Source: an uncultured Bacilli bacterium
GTDB taxonomy: Bacteria; Bacillota_I; Bacilli_A; RF39; UBA660
NCBI GenBank assembly: GCA_944363665.1
Contig: CALVUS010000001.1
Location: 1-52,462 of the forward strand
Length of the DNA stretch: 52,462 bases
Reading direction: 5' to 3'
Shown: positions 34,524 through 44,926 of the stretch, piece by piece
Layout of the letters: every line of letters starts with the position of its first letter
Numbering within the stretch: the stretch's first letter is position 1
Translations under genes and position numbers: made by a program
Notes under the pieces: generated by a model
Seen by the model: only the letters and a program-made list of their open reading frames with translations
Databases searched by the model: none
What the model was told of the DNA's origin: nothing

Positions 34524-35549
34524 TTACTTATTTGGATCTACTAAAATTTTAACTGCAGCATCTTTGCCACTTGTAAGACGTTCATATGCATCCTGTACTT
34601 TTTCTAAAGGTACAATGTCATCAACAAATTTTAAAACATCAATTTTTTTATTCGCAATTAAATCGATACAAGATTTAAATTCATTATAAGTATAAGCAAT
34701 TGCTCCTTGAACTACTAATTCTTTCATAACAGCCATTACCGTATAAGTAGGAACAGCATCAGTGGCAACTCCAACTAATACTACAATGCCCCCAGGTTTT
34801 ACCATAGATATAGCACTATTAACAGCAGCACTATTTCCCACACATTCAATTACTACATCAAATCCACCATTAGTTTTATCGATTAACTTTCCTGCTAAAT
34901 CTTTATCCGTAGCATCATAATATTCATCAGCTACCTTTAAATCTACAGCCTTTTTTCCTCTTGCTTCATTGGTTTCTGTAATAGCTACATAACTTGCTCC
35001 TTCTTTTTTAGCAAATTCTGCTGAAGCTAGACCAATTATACCAGCTCCAATAACTAAAACATCATCACCAACAGCAATTCTTCCTAAATGAGCCGCATGA
35101 AGTCCAACTGAAATAGGCTCAACCATGGCAGCTTCCTCATCTTTCATATTATCGGGAACTTTTAAAACCATGTCACTTCTAACAGCAATTTTTTTAGTCA
35201 AACCGCCAGGATTGTCAATTGATAATCCAATTGCTTCACTCCATGTTTTAGGGCAAAATTGAACATCACCATTACGACATGCTTCACATTCTCCACATGG
35301 TGAGATTGGTAAAGCCGTAACACGATCACCTTTAACTAAGTCTAACCTATCTCCGGGATCAACAACTACTCCAACAAATTCATGCCCCATTACTAGTCCT
35401 TTTGGTTCACCATTAACCCAATAATGGATATCAGATCCACAAATACCTGTTTTGGTAACTTCAACAATTACTTTTTTGCCGTCAGCAACAGGTTCAGAAA
35501 TTTCTTTAATTTCAAATTTTTTTACATCTTTTATAGCAACCGCTTTCAT
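34524..35549 (-). CDS. Zinc-dependent medium-chain alcohol/polyol dehydrogenase
   Basis: GICGSDIHYW, GHEFVGVV, structural-zinc Cys cluster CGECEACRNG, GAGIIG NAD-binding fold. Confidence 0.85.
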   Translation of the reverse strand: MKAVAIKDVKKFEIKEISEPVADGKKVIVEVTKTGICGSDIHYWVNGEPKGLVMGHEFVGVVVDPGDRLDLVKGDRVTALPISPCGECEACRNGDVQFCPKTWSEAIGLSIDNPGGLTKKIAVRSDMVLKVPDNMKDEEAAMVEPISVGLHAAHLGRIAVGDDVLVIGAGIIGLASAEFAKKEGASYVAITETNEARGKKAVDLKVADEYYDATDKDLAGKLIDKTNGGFDVVIECVGNSAAVNSAISMVKPGGIVVLVGVATDAVPTYTVMAVMKELVVQGAIAYTYNEFKSCIDLIANKKIDVLKFVDDIVPLEKVQDAYERLTSGKDAAVKILVDPNK

Positions 35550-35662
35550 GTATTCCTCCTTATCATAAAAATTATATCATAAATTCAAGCATTAATTATA
35601 AATATATCCAAATATATTTACAAAATATTGTCACTTATAATATAATTGTTGCGGAGGAAAAA

Positions 35663-36415
35663 ATGATAAAAGTTGATAAAGTAACAAAAAAATTTTTAAA
35701 AACCAATAAGAAAAAAGAAAAAATAGAATTTATAGCAGTAAACAATTTATCATTTAATGTTAATGAAGGAGAAATTTTAGGCATACTTGGACCAAATGGA
35801 GCTGGGAAAACAACACTACTTCGCATGATAGCTGGCATTATGCAGCCCGATAGTGGTTTTATAACAATAGATAACTTAGATTATAAAAATAACGAAATTG
35901 ATATTAAAAAGAAAATTGCCGATCTATCTGGTAACACTAAAATTTATGGAACTATATCTCCTTATGAATTGCTTAAGATGTGTGCTGAAATTTATGATGT
36001 AGATAAGGAAGAAATAGAAAAAAAAATTAAAAATATAAGCAAAATACTAAACATGGATAACTTTTTATATAATCGCATTGAAAAATTATCTACCGGCCAA
36101 ACTCAAAGAGTAAATATTGCTAGATGCTTAATTCATAACCCAGAATATTATATTTTAGATGAGGCAACAAGCGGGCTTGATATTGTAACTAGTCAAATTA
36201 TTTTAAACTTTATTAAAAATGAAAAGGTAAAAGGTAAAACTATTCTTTATTCTACTCATTATATGGAAGAAGCGGAAAATATTTGTGACATGATAATAAT
36301 GATTAACAAAGGTAAAATTATAACTACCGGTACCCCAGAAGAAATTAAGAAAAAAACTAAAACTACAAATCTCCGAGATGCCTTTTTTAGTTTAGTAGGT
36401 GAATCAAATGAATAA
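35663..36415 (+). CDS. ABC transporter ATP-binding protein (NatA-like)
   Basis: Walker A GPNGAGKTT, signature LSTGQTQR, Walker B ILDEATSGLD. Confidence 0.85.
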   Translation: MIKVDKVTKKFLKTNKKKEKIEFIAVNNLSFNVNEGEILGILGPNGAGKTTLLRMIAGIMQPDSGFITIDNLDYKNNEIDIKKKIADLSGNTKIYGTISPYELLKMCAEIYDVDKEEIEKKIKNISKILNMDNFLYNRIEKLSTGQTQRVNIARCLIHNPEYYILDEATSGLDIVTSQIILNFIKNEKVKGKTILYSTHYMEEAENICDMIIMINKGKIITTGTPEEIKKKTKTTNLRDAFFSLVGESNE

Positions 36416-37556
36416 TAAAACATTACTTATATTAAAAAAAGAATTACGAGAACTATTTAGAGATAAAAAATCTTTATCAATGATGTTAATAATACCTATA
36501 TTTATTCCTTTGATTATAATTGGTATGTCGGCTTTATTTGAATCACAAAATAATGTAGATATCGAAACATATAATAAAATTGGATTTGATTATGAATTAA
36601 GTGATACCGAAATAGAAATACTAAAATCATTAGATATAGATTATAACATTAAAGAGACTGACGAATTGAAAGAAGATTTTAATAATAAAGAAATTAATAG
36701 TTACATTACAAAAGATGGAAATAATTATATTATAAATTATGATGAAGCAAATATTGAAAGTAGTTATGCCGCTGAAATGGCTAGAAATTATTTAGAAGCA
36801 TATAAGAGTATTTTAGAAGAAAGTTATTTAACTTTAAATAATGTCGATATAGAAAATTTTAATAATTTATTAACGTATGAATCAAAAAGTATTGAGCAAC
36901 AAAACTTTTATGCTAATTACATTGTCAATTATGCCTTTTTATTTATATTAATGGCAATAACAGTATCTGCAACTTATCCAGCAACAGATGCCACCGCTGG
37001 AGAAAAAGAACGTGGAACATTAGAAACATTACTTACATTCCCAATTAAAAGCAAAGATATAATTATTGGAAAATTATTAAGTGTAACATTATCATCCATA
37101 ATTACTGGCTTACTTAGTCTGATACTTTCTATTATAGCAATCGCCTATGTTGGTAATGCATTTAGTATTTATGAAGGTACTACACTTTTAAATAGTACTA
37201 TTATAATATGCTCTATAATAATTATTATTGCTTTTTCTATAATGATAAGTGGATTATGTATAGCAATAGCTAGTATGTCAGCATCTTTTAAAGAAGCACA
37301 AAGTGCCCTAACACCACTGACATTTATTGCATTTTTTCCTGGTATGATTGTATTTTTATTAAATATAAGCAATAATGCTATTTTATCAATTATACCATTT
37401 ATAAATTTTAGTATAATATTTACAGATATAGCTAACGGGAATTTAAATATTTTATATTTAGCTCTTATGTTTATATCAACTATAATTATAATAATTTTAG
37501 TTATTCATCATATCATAAAGCAATATAAATCAGAAAAAGTATTATTCAATAATTAA
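36399..37556 (+). CDS. ABC-2 permease with large first extracytoplasmic loop (NatB-like)
   Basis: 385 aa; TM1, a loop of about 140 aa, then 5 TM helices; overlaps the ATPase gene. Confidence 0.7.
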   Translation: MNQMNNKTLLILKKELRELFRDKKSLSMMLIIPIFIPLIIIGMSALFESQNNVDIETYNKIGFDYELSDTEIEILKSLDIDYNIKETDELKEDFNNKEINSYITKDGNNYIINYDEANIESSYAAEMARNYLEAYKSILEESYLTLNNVDIENFNNLLTYESKSIEQQNFYANYIVNYAFLFILMAITVSATYPATDATAGEKERGTLETLLTFPIKSKDIIIGKLLSVTLSSIITGLLSLILSIIAIAYVGNAFSIYEGTTLLNSTIIICSIIIIIAFSIMISGLCIAIASMSASFKEAQSALTPLTFIAFFPGMIVFLLNISNNAILSIIPFINFSIIFTDIANGNLNILYLALMFISTIIIIILVIHHIIKQYKSEKVLFNN

Positions 37557-37560
37557 AAAT

Positions 37561-37588
37561 GCTCATCTCTAATGATGAGCTATTTTTT
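37561..37588. terminator. Bidirectional intrinsic terminator between the ABC operon and the MscS gene
   Basis: GCTCATC-N6-GATGAGC hairpin (37561-37580) with a T-run on the plus side (37582-37588) and ATTTTTAATT on the minus side. Confidence 0.75.
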
Positions 37589-38431
37589 ATTTTTATTATT
37601 TTTTTCAATAATTTCAACATGTGGATATGGTATTTCAATTCCCTCTTTAGGAAATCTATTATTAATAACATAGTTTAATTGATACATATTTTCAAACACA
37701 TCACTATTATTATCTCCCCACACCCAAGCAGTTAAAGCAATACCAGAATCATCTAATTTTGATACACGGACTTTAGGAAATTCAACATCTCTATTTTTAC
37801 CTTTAGAATTTGGATGATATAATTTATTCATTTCTTCTTTGAGTATATTTATTGCTTTATCAACATCAGATTCATAAGATATATTAAATGTTACTAATTT
37901 TACATTTTCATTATCACTATAGTTAAAGTTTTCTATAGTATATGTATTCATCTCACAATTTGGTATTATTACTCTTCTATTATTAATAGTTCTAATTATC
38001 GTATGACGCATAGTAATGTCTTCAACTGTTCCACTAACATTTTTATCTACACATTCTATAAAGTCACCAACTTCATAGGGATTACCCACAACAATTGCAA
38101 TACTACCAAAAAAATTTTTTAAACTTTCTTGAGCAGCAAGACCTACAACAACTGAACCAATGCCTAGACCAGATAATATAGTCACGGAAAACGAATTAAA
38201 CACTTCAAATTGAGTAAGACACACTAGAATGGCTAATGAACAAATCACTACTTTTTTAATCCTTTTTATAAACATCAATAAAGTTGTAATATTCTTTTTT
38301 CTTTTTAATTTAATAGTTCTATTAATTATACTGTCAAGTATTTTATTTACAACAAATGATATTATAATTATGACAATAACTGCTATTAATTTGTCTAAGT
38401 AATTTTCCCAAAAATTATCCAATTTTATCAC
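37580..38431 (-). CDS. Small-conductance mechanosensitive channel (MscS family)
   Basis: 283 aa; 3 TM helices followed by GSIAIVVGNPYEVGDFIE... beta-domain typical of MscS; GTG/TTG start ambiguous. Confidence 0.8.
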   Translation of the reverse strand: MIKLDNFWENYLDKLIAVIVIIIISFVVNKILDSIINRTIKLKRKKNITTLLMFIKRIKKVVICSLAILVCLTQFEVFNSFSVTILSGLGIGSVVVGLAAQESLKNFFGSIAIVVGNPYEVGDFIECVDKNVSGTVEDITMRHTIIRTINNRRVIIPNCEMNTYTIENFNYSDNENVKLVTFNISYESDVDKAINILKEEMNKLYHPNSKGKNRDVEFPKVRVSKLDDSGIALTAWVWGDNNSDVFENMYQLNYVINNRFPKEGIEIPYPHVEIIEKNNKNKK

Positions 38432-38516
38432 CTAATCTAATTATAACAATTTTACTTTGACATTACAAATAAATCAAAGTATAATAAAGAAAATTTTACA
38501 GAAGAGAGGTTTTATA

Positions 38517-39284
38517 ATGTTTACGTTTTTAAATGTAGGTTCTGATTTATTATTAAAAGATTTTTTTCTTCCCATTAAAAATGATAATATAAAACCTAAA
38601 GGGGGTCTTTGGGCAACTTATCAAAATGAAAGAAATGTTTTTTTTAACGAATGGGTGGATTATTTAAGTATCAAACCATACATTTTATTTTATAAAAGGC
38701 AAACCAAAGATCCTTTTAAAATTCCTGCAACTTTTATTACTCTTAAAGAAAATGCCAAAATATTTATTGTTAATAATGAAAATACCCTAAATTTTTTGAT
38801 AAAGTATTATAATGATGGAAAAGGGTGGATAGACTTTGAAATATTAAGTAAAGATTGTGATGGTATATTTATAAAAATAAGAAATTTACTTAATTCTAAA
38901 TATTTTGATAAACTAAAATTGTTTGCTGTAAATTCTCTTATTTTATTTAATTTAGATTGTATATCATATTATCAAAAGGCAAATATCGAAATTGCCCCAT
39001 ATGATTTTTTTGACAATTCGCATTTTACTGATTATGAAATCAAAATTCAAAAACAAAAAAACAAAATTGATGATGCCAAATATTATGTTTTCATTAAGGA
39101 TATTATACATTACTTATCAAACAAAAATATAAGTAATCCAGATCAAATATCTACAATTATAAATACTGAATTATCTGAACAAATAAAATCATTAATTACA
39201 AAACTAAATTTAGAATATAATTATAATAAAGAAAATGAAGACATTGAAAATCTATTAATTCGCAAATTATTACATACCATATAA
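38517..39284 (+). CDS. Hypothetical cytoplasmic protein
   Basis: ATG 38517 lies 7 nt after AGAGAGG (ORF-track start 38457 lacks an RBS); no recognisable motif. Confidence 0.5.
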   Translation: MFTFLNVGSDLLLKDFFLPIKNDNIKPKGGLWATYQNERNVFFNEWVDYLSIKPYILFYKRQTKDPFKIPATFITLKENAKIFIVNNENTLNFLIKYYNDGKGWIDFEILSKDCDGIFIKIRNLLNSKYFDKLKLFAVNSLILFNLDCISYYQKANIEIAPYDFFDNSHFTDYEIKIQKQKNKIDDAKYYVFIKDIIHYLSNKNISNPDQISTIINTELSEQIKSLITKLNLEYNYNKENEDIENLLIRKLLHTI

Positions 39285-39878
39285 CTAATTAATTTTAAAA
39301 ATTTTCTTAATGATTAAACTGAGTATATAGGCAATTATTACCATTAAAATTACTGTTATTATACTGCTAGGATTTTGAAAACTTTCTACTATACCAGTAC
39401 CAACTTCCCCCCAGAAATACACTAAAAATATTTTACTAATTAAAATAGCTATAAAAAACTTCTTAAAATTCATATTTACTAAACCTGCAGCAATATTCAT
39501 CATAAATGCTGGAGTGAATGGTATTGATAAAATAACTGTAATTTTAGTTAAAGATAAATTTTCTATATAATTCATACATTTATTTAAAAGTTCAATATTT
39601 TTAATTTTTTTTACTACCCAATTTCTCAAGAATTTTTTTACAACAAAATAAGAAATAAGACAACCAATTATTGTACAAATCCACGAAATAATAAATCCTA
39701 AAATGTGTCCAAAAGCTATAAAATTAATTGTTATAAATACAAATAATGGTAATGCTGGTATTATCGATTCTAAAATAATTAGCAGACAACCTAAAAAAGG
39801 GCCATAAAAGCCCAATGAGTCAATAGTATCCATAATAAAATTATAAAAATCTTTAAATACTTCTCCCATAAAAATCAC
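39285..39878 (-). CDS. TVP38/TMEM64 (DedA-related, VTT domain) membrane protein
   Basis: 197 aa polytopic; YGPFLGCLLIILESIIPALPLFVF... matches the VTT-domain pattern. Confidence 0.7.
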   Translation of the reverse strand: MIFMGEVFKDFYNFIMDTIDSLGFYGPFLGCLLIILESIIPALPLFVFITINFIAFGHILGFIISWICTIIGCLISYFVVKKFLRNWVVKKIKNIELLNKCMNYIENLSLTKITVILSIPFTPAFMMNIAAGLVNMNFKKFFIAILISKIFLVYFWGEVGTGIVESFQNPSSIITVILMVIIAYILSLIIKKIFKIN

Positions 39879-39939
39879 TATTCTTATTATAGTACAAAAA
39901 TAGGAAAAATACTATTACAATTTCTTATAACTAATTTAG

Positions 39940-40200
39940 CTATTTACATTGAACAACTTGAGTAACATCATAACCGTAAAATTCTAGCATTGCTACAACT
40001 TTTTGACTTAAATGGCCTTTATTACAAATAATGTAATATTTTTTAGAATAATCTAAGCAAGATTTATAACTCATAAGAAGTTTATCTGCATAAATATTAA
40101 TACTATTTGGTGTTGGATTTTTTTGATAATCCAAAGGATGCTGAACATCTATTAGAATACCCATGCTTGGATTATATTCACTTAATTTAATTTTTTTCAT
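39940..40200 (-). CDS. Single-domain rhodanese-like protein
   Basis: 86 aa; active-site-like loop ICNKGHLS in rhodanese context. Confidence 0.6.
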   Translation of the reverse strand: MKKIKLSEYNPSMGILIDVQHPLDYQKNPTPNSINIYADKLLMSYKSCLDYSKKYYIICNKGHLSQKVVAMLEFYGYDVTQVVQCK

Positions 40201-40249
40201 AATACCACACTATATTTTATGTTTTTAAATTAAAATAAAAGATGACAAA

Positions 40250-42427
40250 TTAATCATCATCTCCAAAAAAATCATCAAAAAATTCATCATCAGAAATAAT
40301 ATTATCATCTATTATTTTACTATCAGAATCAATGTTTATCTTTGGTTTATCATTTTTAGCATTAACATTTTTTATGATATCATTATCATTACCTTTTTCC
40401 AAAGTTTCTTTATTTAATACCGAATCTTTAGTTTTTGGTAAATTTAGATCTTCAATATCAAATAATACATTTTTACCTGATTCTATATTTAAATTATTAA
40501 TTTGATTTTTACTTTCTTGTTCTTGCTTATCCAATTCTTTAAATTTTTCATCCAAATCTTTTAACATCTTATCTATATCCAAAGTGTTAAGGGCATTATC
40601 AGGATTAGGCATGCTATATGGATTTACTTCATTAAAGCCCATAAATGGTGATGCAGGCCTAAATGGATTGGGACTTCTAAACGGATTATCCCCTAATTCA
40701 GCCATCTTTTTACTTTTTTCTTCAGTAACAAATTTTTTTAAATCAAATATTTCTACTTCTTGTTTCATTCTCGTTGGATATGCTTCTTCTTTTCTTTCTA
40801 TTCCCCAATTCATTTTAAAATCAGGTTCTAATTTTGTTCTAAATGGATTCGTTCTAAGCCTTATGATAATTGCCTCAAATAACTTCATTTTTTGTAAATC
40901 AGTCACAGTGATAAGTGGTCTTGTTGCACTCTTATCTTTTTCATCAGTAATTTTAACTTCTCCACACATTTTACTAATTTCTTCTAAGGCTTTCATTTCT
41001 GTACTTATTAAATATACCCAGTTACCACAGTTACCTTTAATTATTTCAGCTACGTTATCACCATAAACATCATTTAATTGAGCAAAGTTTTGAATTATAA
41101 ATGTAAAACGTATATCTCTACTTCTAGCTGCTGATACCATAGCATCAACATCTTTAAGTGGAGGCATATTTGCAAATTCATCTAAAATGAAATTAGTTCT
41201 AAATGGTAATTTGCCACCATTTTCCTGAGCAACATCAATTAAAGTTTCATAACATTGTTTAATAAATATAGTCATTAAACTATGATATGTTTTCTTTTCA
41301 TCATGAATAATCATAAAAACAGCAGTTTTACCATTACCAATTTCTTTCATGTCAAAATCACTGTATGAAAGCATCTCACTTAAAGCTTCACCAGTTGCAA
41401 ATTTTCTAATTTTTTGTCTAAATGTAGATAGTTGGCCTCCTTTAGTTTCACTCGGAGCATTTATTACAGCAGATGCAAAAATGTATTCGTTAGACTTTTC
41501 GCCCTTCATTCCAAAATACTCTTTAATGTAATTACTAGTTGCATATCTTTCTTCACCAACAGTACTCATTACATTAATACTATTTAAATTTACTTCTCTT
41601 TCTTTTGCATCTTTAAATAAACCTAAAGCTAGACCGGAAAAATAGTCTGCTGAAGATTTTTCCCAGAAATCAGACTCTGACTTATTATTTGGATCATACA
41701 ATATATTTAAAGCTACATCATCTAACAATTCTATTGCTTTATCTTGATTACCACTACGATAATATTTTAAAGGTAGTGTTAAAGGATTCCAAGAATTACC
41801 ACGTAAAGGTTCTCGAAAATTTAAAACAATTATTTTATATCCCTTTTCTTTTAAATATGAAGCACTGTATTTATAAATTTCTCCTTTAGGGTCAGTAATT
41901 ATCATACTTTCACCCTTCTTAGCAAGTAAATTTACCATTGGTTTAACTATGGTTTGAGTTTTACCACTACCAGTAGAACCAATAACTAAATTATGATATT
42001 CTCCATTATCTACCCATATTTCCTTACCATTATTAATTAACGGAATACCTGCAGCATCTAAAGTTTCACTTTGAGGCAATACTTTAACTACATCACTTTG
42101 ACTTTTAATATCTTTATCACTAGCCCACTTAGAATAACCATCATTGGATTTTTCTTTAAATTTTATACCAATACCATGGCCACCTTTATCTTTTTTAAAA
42201 ATATATGAAGAAACACTAGAAAAAATTGCTACTAAAGCCGCTATAAATAAAAACAATGTAACTGGTAAATACATCCCCGTAAAAGCTTTAAAAGGAAGCA
42301 AACCATAAAAAGTTCCTTCATTTGCAAGAGATGCTACATTTAATACTGCAATGGCACAAAGATATAATAATAAAACACAATAAATGCAAAATAATAAAAA
42401 ATCTTTTGGCTCAATTTTAAATTTCAT
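40250..42427 (-). CDS. virD4: Type IV coupling protein (VirD4/TraG family)
   Basis: 725 aa; two N-terminal TM helices, Walker A GSTGSGKTQT, Walker B FILDEFANMP; 151-aa low-complexity C-terminal tail ending DDEFFDDFFGDDD. Confidence 0.9.
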   Translation of the reverse strand: MKFKIEPKDFLLFCIYCVLLLYLCAIAVLNVASLANEGTFYGLLPFKAFTGMYLPVTLFLFIAALVAIFSSVSSYIFKKDKGGHGIGIKFKEKSNDGYSKWASDKDIKSQSDVVKVLPQSETLDAAGIPLINNGKEIWVDNGEYHNLVIGSTGSGKTQTIVKPMVNLLAKKGESMIITDPKGEIYKYSASYLKEKGYKIIVLNFREPLRGNSWNPLTLPLKYYRSGNQDKAIELLDDVALNILYDPNNKSESDFWEKSSADYFSGLALGLFKDAKEREVNLNSINVMSTVGEERYATSNYIKEYFGMKGEKSNEYIFASAVINAPSETKGGQLSTFRQKIRKFATGEALSEMLSYSDFDMKEIGNGKTAVFMIIHDEKKTYHSLMTIFIKQCYETLIDVAQENGGKLPFRTNFILDEFANMPPLKDVDAMVSAARSRDIRFTFIIQNFAQLNDVYGDNVAEIIKGNCGNWVYLISTEMKALEEISKMCGEVKITDEKDKSATRPLITVTDLQKMKLFEAIIIRLRTNPFRTKLEPDFKMNWGIERKEEAYPTRMKQEVEIFDLKKFVTEEKSKKMAELGDNPFRSPNPFRPASPFMGFNEVNPYSMPNPDNALNTLDIDKMLKDLDEKFKELDKQEQESKNQINNLNIESGKNVLFDIEDLNLPKTKDSVLNKETLEKGNDNDIIKNVNAKNDKPKINIDSDSKIIDDNIISDDEFFDDFFGDDD

Positions 42428-42484
42428 TGGATTACTTCCTTTCTTAACAAATATTATACAACATTTTCTTAATTATGAAAATTG

Positions 42485-43306
42485 CTAATTTCCATCAAAT
42501 GTTAGACTATAAGTATTATCAGTATATTCATATATTAAATATGTTGTTTCACCAGCATTACTAAAATAACCTTTTTGTATAAATATACTATCATATTGAG
42601 AATCTAATAAATTTATAAAATAACCTATCCTATATGTTGGAGACACTAATATATTTGCTGAATTTACAAGCTCTTTTTCTAATACTATTATTTCTCCGTT
42701 TAAATTTACATATAATAAATTAAAATATACAGATTGATCTATCTCACTAAATATATTTGATAGAGATATTACTTTATCCATTATTCCGTTACTATCTAAA
42801 TCAAGCATTACTTTTTGATTTGTTGACAATGACATCATATCAATGTTATTTTCTAAAATTGTGGAAGCTTCTTGTAAATCAATAGAATCTACAACAGAAA
42901 TATTATTATTTCTAACATTCATTTTTAATCCACTTGTTCCTGCAACTAAATCTCCATCATAATCTATATAATTATTATTTTCATCAAATATATTCCAATT
43001 TACTCCTTTTTTTAAATAATAATTTCCAAAAAATGTTTTATTTACATAAATATCAAATAAGACTTCATCAAATTCTTCATTACTAGCTAGTGACCATATT
43101 CCACCATTATTTTTTAATTGAATTATATTGTTTATTTCCAAATAATCATATGTAATTTCCACTGGATCATTATCAATATCAATATTCGACCCGTTATTAT
43201 CGGGATTATCATTTGGTTCTTCTTTAACCATAAATATAATGCCAACTATTAAAGCATATCCCAATAATAATATTAAAATTAATATACAAGCTGCCTTTTT
43301 ATTCAT
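42485..43306 (-). CDS. Membrane-anchored T4SS-associated protein in the PrgL/VirB8-like position
   Basis: 273 aa; N-terminal TM helix; call based on position between the hydrolase and coupling protein genes; no motif evidence. Confidence 0.35.
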   Translation of the reverse strand: MNKKAACILILILLLGYALIVGIIFMVKEEPNDNPDNNGSNIDIDNDPVEITYDYLEINNIIQLKNNGGIWSLASNEEFDEVLFDIYVNKTFFGNYYLKKGVNWNIFDENNNYIDYDGDLVAGTSGLKMNVRNNNISVVDSIDLQEASTILENNIDMMSLSTNQKVMLDLDSNGIMDKVISLSNIFSEIDQSVYFNLLYVNLNGEIIVLEKELVNSANILVSPTYRIGYFINLLDSQYDSIFIQKGYFSNAGETTYLIYEYTDNTYSLTFDGN

Positions 43307-44912
43307 TTATATCCTCCACATTAAATAATCTTATTCCATCAACATCTGAAACATTTATATTAGAAATTTTACCACCAGCAGGATCTCTAGTAACAAAAGT
43401 ATTGCCTGCCATTCCGGTATAAACGACAAAATGTCCTGCAACATGCTCAGAATTTACAAAATGCAATAAAATAATTTCGTAATCTTGAGCATAGGATTGA
43501 ACTGTTGAAATTTTATTTTCATTGCTTCCCATTAGTGCAACAGATGCAACAAAGTTTAACGATGGTACTATTTCTTTTAATTTTGAACAGCTCCAATTTA
43601 TATTACCACCGGCATTAAAACAAGATCCTTCATTCAATTCGGTTACAAAAGTACCTGCATTAAAATTTTCTATACTAGTATCTAATTCTAAACAAGATAT
43701 TGCTATAGCAAGTGATGTCACTGCACAACCAGCAGCCCCCATTGTGCTAGAAGAATTACCTAAATGAATTCCTGACCAATTAGGATCACTTTGAGAATAT
43801 AAGGTGCAAGTATTAGAATAAAAATTACATACTGCTGGATTTAAATTAAATATATTATATCTAACTTCGGACATCGAAGATACTTGCCACTTAGCATATG
43901 CTAATTGATCTTCATCAGTAGTAGCTACACAATTAGTACCTCCGCCTGCATCACAGTAGGAATTACTGGAACATATTTGAGCAACTTCGTTGGCTCTAGA
44001 TGAACTCATATATTCTTTTATAACTTCGTAATATTTACATCCACCTAGGCTATAACTACCTGGATTATACCAATAAGATCCGATATAAGCATATCGTGAC
44101 ATCATCTCATCTACACTAATATATTGAGAAACATTTTCTATAAATGCGAGTACTCCCTCATCAAAGCTAGGATAACTATCACAACTTGAGGAACCATTAA
44201 AGCATCCTATTCCCCAATAATTGTTAGTTTGTCCTCCTGGTGATCCACCTTCTTTAATTGCTCTAACAATAACTAATTCCGGATTTATATTATTTTTAAC
44301 TGATAAATCATAAATTGAATCTGCATTTTCTATAAATGTACTAGCATATGAGTAATTACTACCTGTAAAGTAATCTTCTACATAACTTATAAAATCACTT
44401 TTAGAAAGAGAGGTTGTGTTTAAAGGAAATTCAGAACAATTTTCTAAATACGAAGAACTATATGAATTATTATCTTCTATGCTACCACCCAATATTACTA
44501 AAATAATTATTAATAATATAACAATAATAACTATAACTACTAAAATCCATGGGTTTGCTGCTATTAAAGCACCTATTTTAGCTGCAACTGCACCAGTAGC
44601 TTTTGTTGCTGCTTTACCAGCAGCTTTTCCAGCTTGCTTTGCTCCCTCTTTTACAGCTGTTTTGGCAACTTCTTTACGGGTACTATTTGTATCTTCCTTA
44701 GTTTCTGATTGACCAGCATTATCTTTTATATTTTCATTAGATTCTGGTGTTTCTTCAATAGAATCTTCCTCTGTATTTTCTGTTTCTTCTGGAGTTTCTT
44801 CCTCATCTAGATCTTCTTGCATAGAAAAAGTGCCTAATCGTCTTTCTTTATCATGATTAGGATCATAAAGTAATCTATTATTAGAATTATTTATACTACT
44901 TTTTCTATTCAA
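43299..44912 (-). CDS. Bifunctional cell-wall hydrolase (VirB1 analog): GH73-like glucosaminidase plus C39-like cysteine peptidase
   Basis: 537 aa; acidic N-terminus, Ala/Lys-rich segment, TM helix; NINPELVIVRAIKEGGSPGGQTNNYWGIG (GH73-like); MGAAGCAVTSLAIAI and AGHFVVYTG (Cys/His of a C39_2-like peptidase). Confidence 0.65.
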   Translation of the reverse strand: MNRKSSINNSNNRLLYDPNHDKERRLGTFSMQEDLDEEETPEETENTEEDSIEETPESNENIKDNAGQSETKEDTNSTRKEVAKTAVKEGAKQAGKAAGKAATKATGAVAAKIGALIAANPWILVVIVIIVILLIIILVILGGSIEDNNSYSSSYLENCSEFPLNTTSLSKSDFISYVEDYFTGSNYSYASTFIENADSIYDLSVKNNINPELVIVRAIKEGGSPGGQTNNYWGIGCFNGSSSCDSYPSFDEGVLAFIENVSQYISVDEMMSRYAYIGSYWYNPGSYSLGGCKYYEVIKEYMSSSRANEVAQICSSNSYCDAGGGTNCVATTDEDQLAYAKWQVSSMSEVRYNIFNLNPAVCNFYSNTCTLYSQSDPNWSGIHLGNSSSTMGAAGCAVTSLAIAISCLELDTSIENFNAGTFVTELNEGSCFNAGGNINWSCSKLKEIVPSLNFVASVALMGSNENKISTVQSYAQDYEIILLHFVNSEHVAGHFVVYTGMAGNTFVTRDPAGGKISNINVSDVDGIRLFNVEDINE

Positions 44913-44926
44913 TTAAACCACCTTAA

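Noticed and set aside
35617-35646. TTTACA-N18-TATAAT promoter upstream of the NatA-like gene
   Set aside because: The predicted start site (about 35653) would fall inside the GGAGG RBS and leave almost no leader, so this is likely a chance match in AT-rich DNA.
40238-40262. Small GATGA/TCATC hairpin plus T-run at the virD4 stop as a terminator
   Set aside because: The stem is only 5 bp and all A/T-G/C poor, so it is too weak to call. The module may read through toward the rhodanese gene.
40584-41889. Plus-strand ORFs inside virD4 (40584-41066, 41349-41531, 41689-41889); also inside the hydrolase (43522-43767, 44416-44712), the VirB6-like gene (48225-48479, 48272-48460) and leuS (50419-50601, 51195-51428, 51214-51396, 51650-51865, 52141-52371)
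   Set aside because: They are antisense or alternative-frame ORFs within genes carrying Walker or aaRS motifs, and there is no independent support for them.
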